DNA of 64,000 nucleotides from Perkinsus olseni (Eukaryota): NCBI GenBank assembly GCA_013115125.1, contig JABANN010000044.1, positions 1 to 64,000 of the forward strand, read 5' to 3'. Shown piece by piece: positions 61,421 to 64,000 of this stretch (position 1 is its first letter; each line of letters starts with the position of its first letter). The notes under the pieces were generated by a model. It saw only the letters and a program-made list of their open reading frames with translations, ran no database searches and was not told where the DNA came from. The position numbers and the translations under genes were made by a program.

Positions 61421-62360
61421 TCATGCGTTCTTCTTATCCTGTAGACCACGACGGCGACTAGATCGCCTAGGCTTCGACTCATCCCCTTGGGGATGCTCTA
61501 TGATGGATTGGCCCACGAGGGACTCGATCGTGGCTACAGTATTGAGCCAGTACTTGTGCAGGTCGAAGCCCCTGGTTGAATTGAGTACGTAGTCAGTAGT
61601 GAGGAGCCAAGTGTGCATGATAATAAAAATGCATGATGAAATGACGATGACCGCCTGTGTGTCATGGTTGGCGAGGGGCGCCACGTACCCGAAGGGCATG
61701 AACAACAGGAAGGCCCAGGTCCCGCCATGAACGATCCAGGACAGGGTCGGAGGCACTGGTGTGCTCAAAAACATCATCGCATCACCGGCAGACCCCCGAC
61801 AGACGGTCAGATCCGCTTGGACCGACAGGCGTACGTGCATGGGGACGTCGTCGATGGCGGCGAGGCACCGCAGGAAGGACGAGTACACCGCAGGCACGCT
61901 CAACGGCCGGGCTAGACCGTCGTTTTTTCTCAGCAACCCCATCGCCTCCAAGGTTTCGACTCGGTCCTCCCCGCGGCCCCCTGCCATCTCTATGAGATGG
62001 ACAGCGTACCCGAGCAGGAGCAGTCGGTAAAGATCCACGTGTTGGGCCATGCCTTCTCCAGTCAGGATGACGGTGATGTCGATCGAGCGTCCAGCGGCGT
62101 GGCCGGTGAGGGTTCGAACCGACCACCAGCGAGAGAAGCTGACGGTGGTGTAGAAGCCAAAGAGGAGGCCTAGGATGATCGAGAAGACGTTCCAGAGCTT
62201 CTCGAGGGAGGCCAAGTGGAGGATGAGATTGTCCGTGAGGGGGGCGTGGACGAAGGTGCCGAGAGCCGTCACGTAGAGGAGGGAGGGGATGATGAAGGCC
62301 AACGGGGAGACGGTGGTGGGGCCGGCAGCGGTAGCAGAAAAGGGGTAGGGCAGAGACATC
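61421..62360 (-). CDS. Divergent bestrophin-family channel, intronless
   Basis: IILGLLFGFYTTVSFSRWW matches bestrophin TM2 (LGFYV..V..RWW); PVPPTLSWIV matches P.PL.Y.Q.V. Confidence 0.7.
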
Positions 62361-62696
62361 ATAAAAAGGCTGTTGGCCGCCTCCCCCAAATTAATGATAA
62401 ACCAATACCACACCATCCTCATCGAAATGTAACACTAGAGATGCTGTCCTCCCCTGGCGCGTGACGAGCTTGCCACCAGAGGAATCATTCGCTCTCCTCC
62501 TGAACAGTTGTGGTTTCCGTCACCTATCGTCGTCAGCCTCGACTCGGCCCCTTCCTGGTCGGCCTGTACGACGGCAACTCCCCGCCACCACCGCTGCCGC
62601 CGTCCCAGAAACCTTTACTCGCCCTGTTCACCGTGTCACCCTTGTGTGGCCGCAGCCCCCTGCCGAACACGAACAGTCCTTCGTTCACGGACAACG

Positions 62697-63611
62697 CTAC
62701 CTCGCTGACCTGTGGGACTCCTCCCTTCGCCGCTCTTCCTCCTTTTCTTTCCACTCATCACTGGCCTTGATACGAGTAGCATCCGCCTCCAGTCGATCGA
62801 GGTAGGCCAACCGCTCCTTCGGCGGTTCCTGATGCTCTGGTGCCCCTCCTGACAGAGATGCTGGCAGCCGAGTGGCGCATTTCCTCCCCACTCACCATTC
62901 CTCGCCTCAGCCGGTGCGGAAGGTGCGGTAGATCTTCCAGCGAAGTGATGGTATGCCAAGTACCCCACTATACCGCAGAGAATGATACTTATAGGTGATA
63001 TTGAGGGCAGCCACCGGCCACTCTCACGGCTTGGCTTGGACGGCCTCCCTGAAGTCACCAATGGCCATGATGACAGCGGGTGAGGGAAGACCACCGAAAC
63101 CCACCCTCTTCGATCGACTCAGCATCATCACCCTCCTCAGAAACACTTCCCTCCTCGCCAAGCTGACGACAAGTAGATGAAGTCGAAGGTCATTATCATT
63201 GCCGCCTACCTCTGAGGCGAGGCACTCGATACTGTGCATCCCGCTGAGCCTCAGTAGCCGTTGCTCGCCGCCTTGCTGGGGTAGGGGTAATGCCGGCACA
63301 ACCCCTGGCAACAGCCCTACCATCCCAATCGGCCTGGCACCGTCGACCCACCTTCAGGCTTCTCTTCTGCGGCGAGGGAATCCACTGGGACACACTCCGC
63401 TGGTGATGAAGGAGGGTAGTGGAGACAGCGGCCAGGGGGGCACAGGTACTGTACTTGTTGCCCTGATACCGAGAGAATCAGAGTCAGCGCAGCGCCTTGC
63501 GACGTGCGACTGTTCCCCTGTCTTACCCTGGCTAGAGAAGGCGAATTCCTTGCCGAGGCAGCAGCTGGGAGCGCCGGCAAGGACGGCACTCCACACAATA
63601 AGCGCTTTCAT
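62697..63611 (-). CDS. Multi-exon hypothetical protein with a signal peptide and one TM helix
   Basis: MKALIVWSAVLAGAPSCCLG; ISIILCGIVGYLAY; GT-AG introns. Confidence 0.5.
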
Positions 63612-64000
63612 TTTATAAGAGTTGAAAACTAATCGCCAAGAACGAGTGCAGCGCGTCACAGATCCCCCAGCTCAGACGCGGCTTTCAGAGCATAGGCGAA
63701 TGGCGGTGTTCCTGCTGGACCTGCCCCCCTCCCGCTCCCACACAACGCCCCCTCTCCGCGGAAAAGTCTGCTGCATTACACTTACGTGTCTAATTGAAAT
63801 CCCCGAGTGATTTCCCAGCCCGAAGCTCCATCGTGCCGGGTTTAAACAGCATCTTCATTTCCTCCAAAGTCAAGCTTCGACCTTCGTCCTTCTGCAGGGC
63901 GGCCGCGTCGCTTGCGTCGAAGGCCATATTAGTGAGCCGACTCTTGCCAGCTTGAAGACTCATGATTCGCTGGTCGATAGAGTCGCGTACGACGAAGCGA

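Noticed and set aside
1-64000. CRISPR array, rRNA, snRNA or SL RNA gene
   Set aside because: No regularly spaced repeat-spacer structure or recognisable full-length RNA gene seen.

Overview
Eukaryotic, gene-dense nuclear DNA with many short (~45-65 nt) GT-AG introns. Gene content and style suggest a perkinsid alveolate such as Perkinsus (inference). Genes, in order: a frameshifted multi-TM TIR-like gene; two paralogs of an unknown secreted protein; a uS2m-like gene; a long multi-exon hypothetical region; an SF3A1-type ubiquitin-like gene; BRR2/SNRNP200; a TLC-domain gene; three intronless SLC37/GlpT-type MFS paralogs; a Cys-rich membrane gene; a possible two-dsRBD Q-rich gene; five intronless paralogs built of a 4x repeated domain (one pseudogene); a DHHC palmitoyltransferase; a PX-domain gene; an acidic protein; a bestrophin-like gene; and a small secreted/membrane gene. 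The most unusual signals are non-coding. At least seven BRR2 introns, and one elsewhere, carry isolated tRNA variable-loop + T-arm (B-box) fragments. A 12-mer GCGGAGCGAAGC occurs in 9 exact copies, almost all intronic. Both motifs occur in both orientations. Exon boundaries were read by eye and are approximate.
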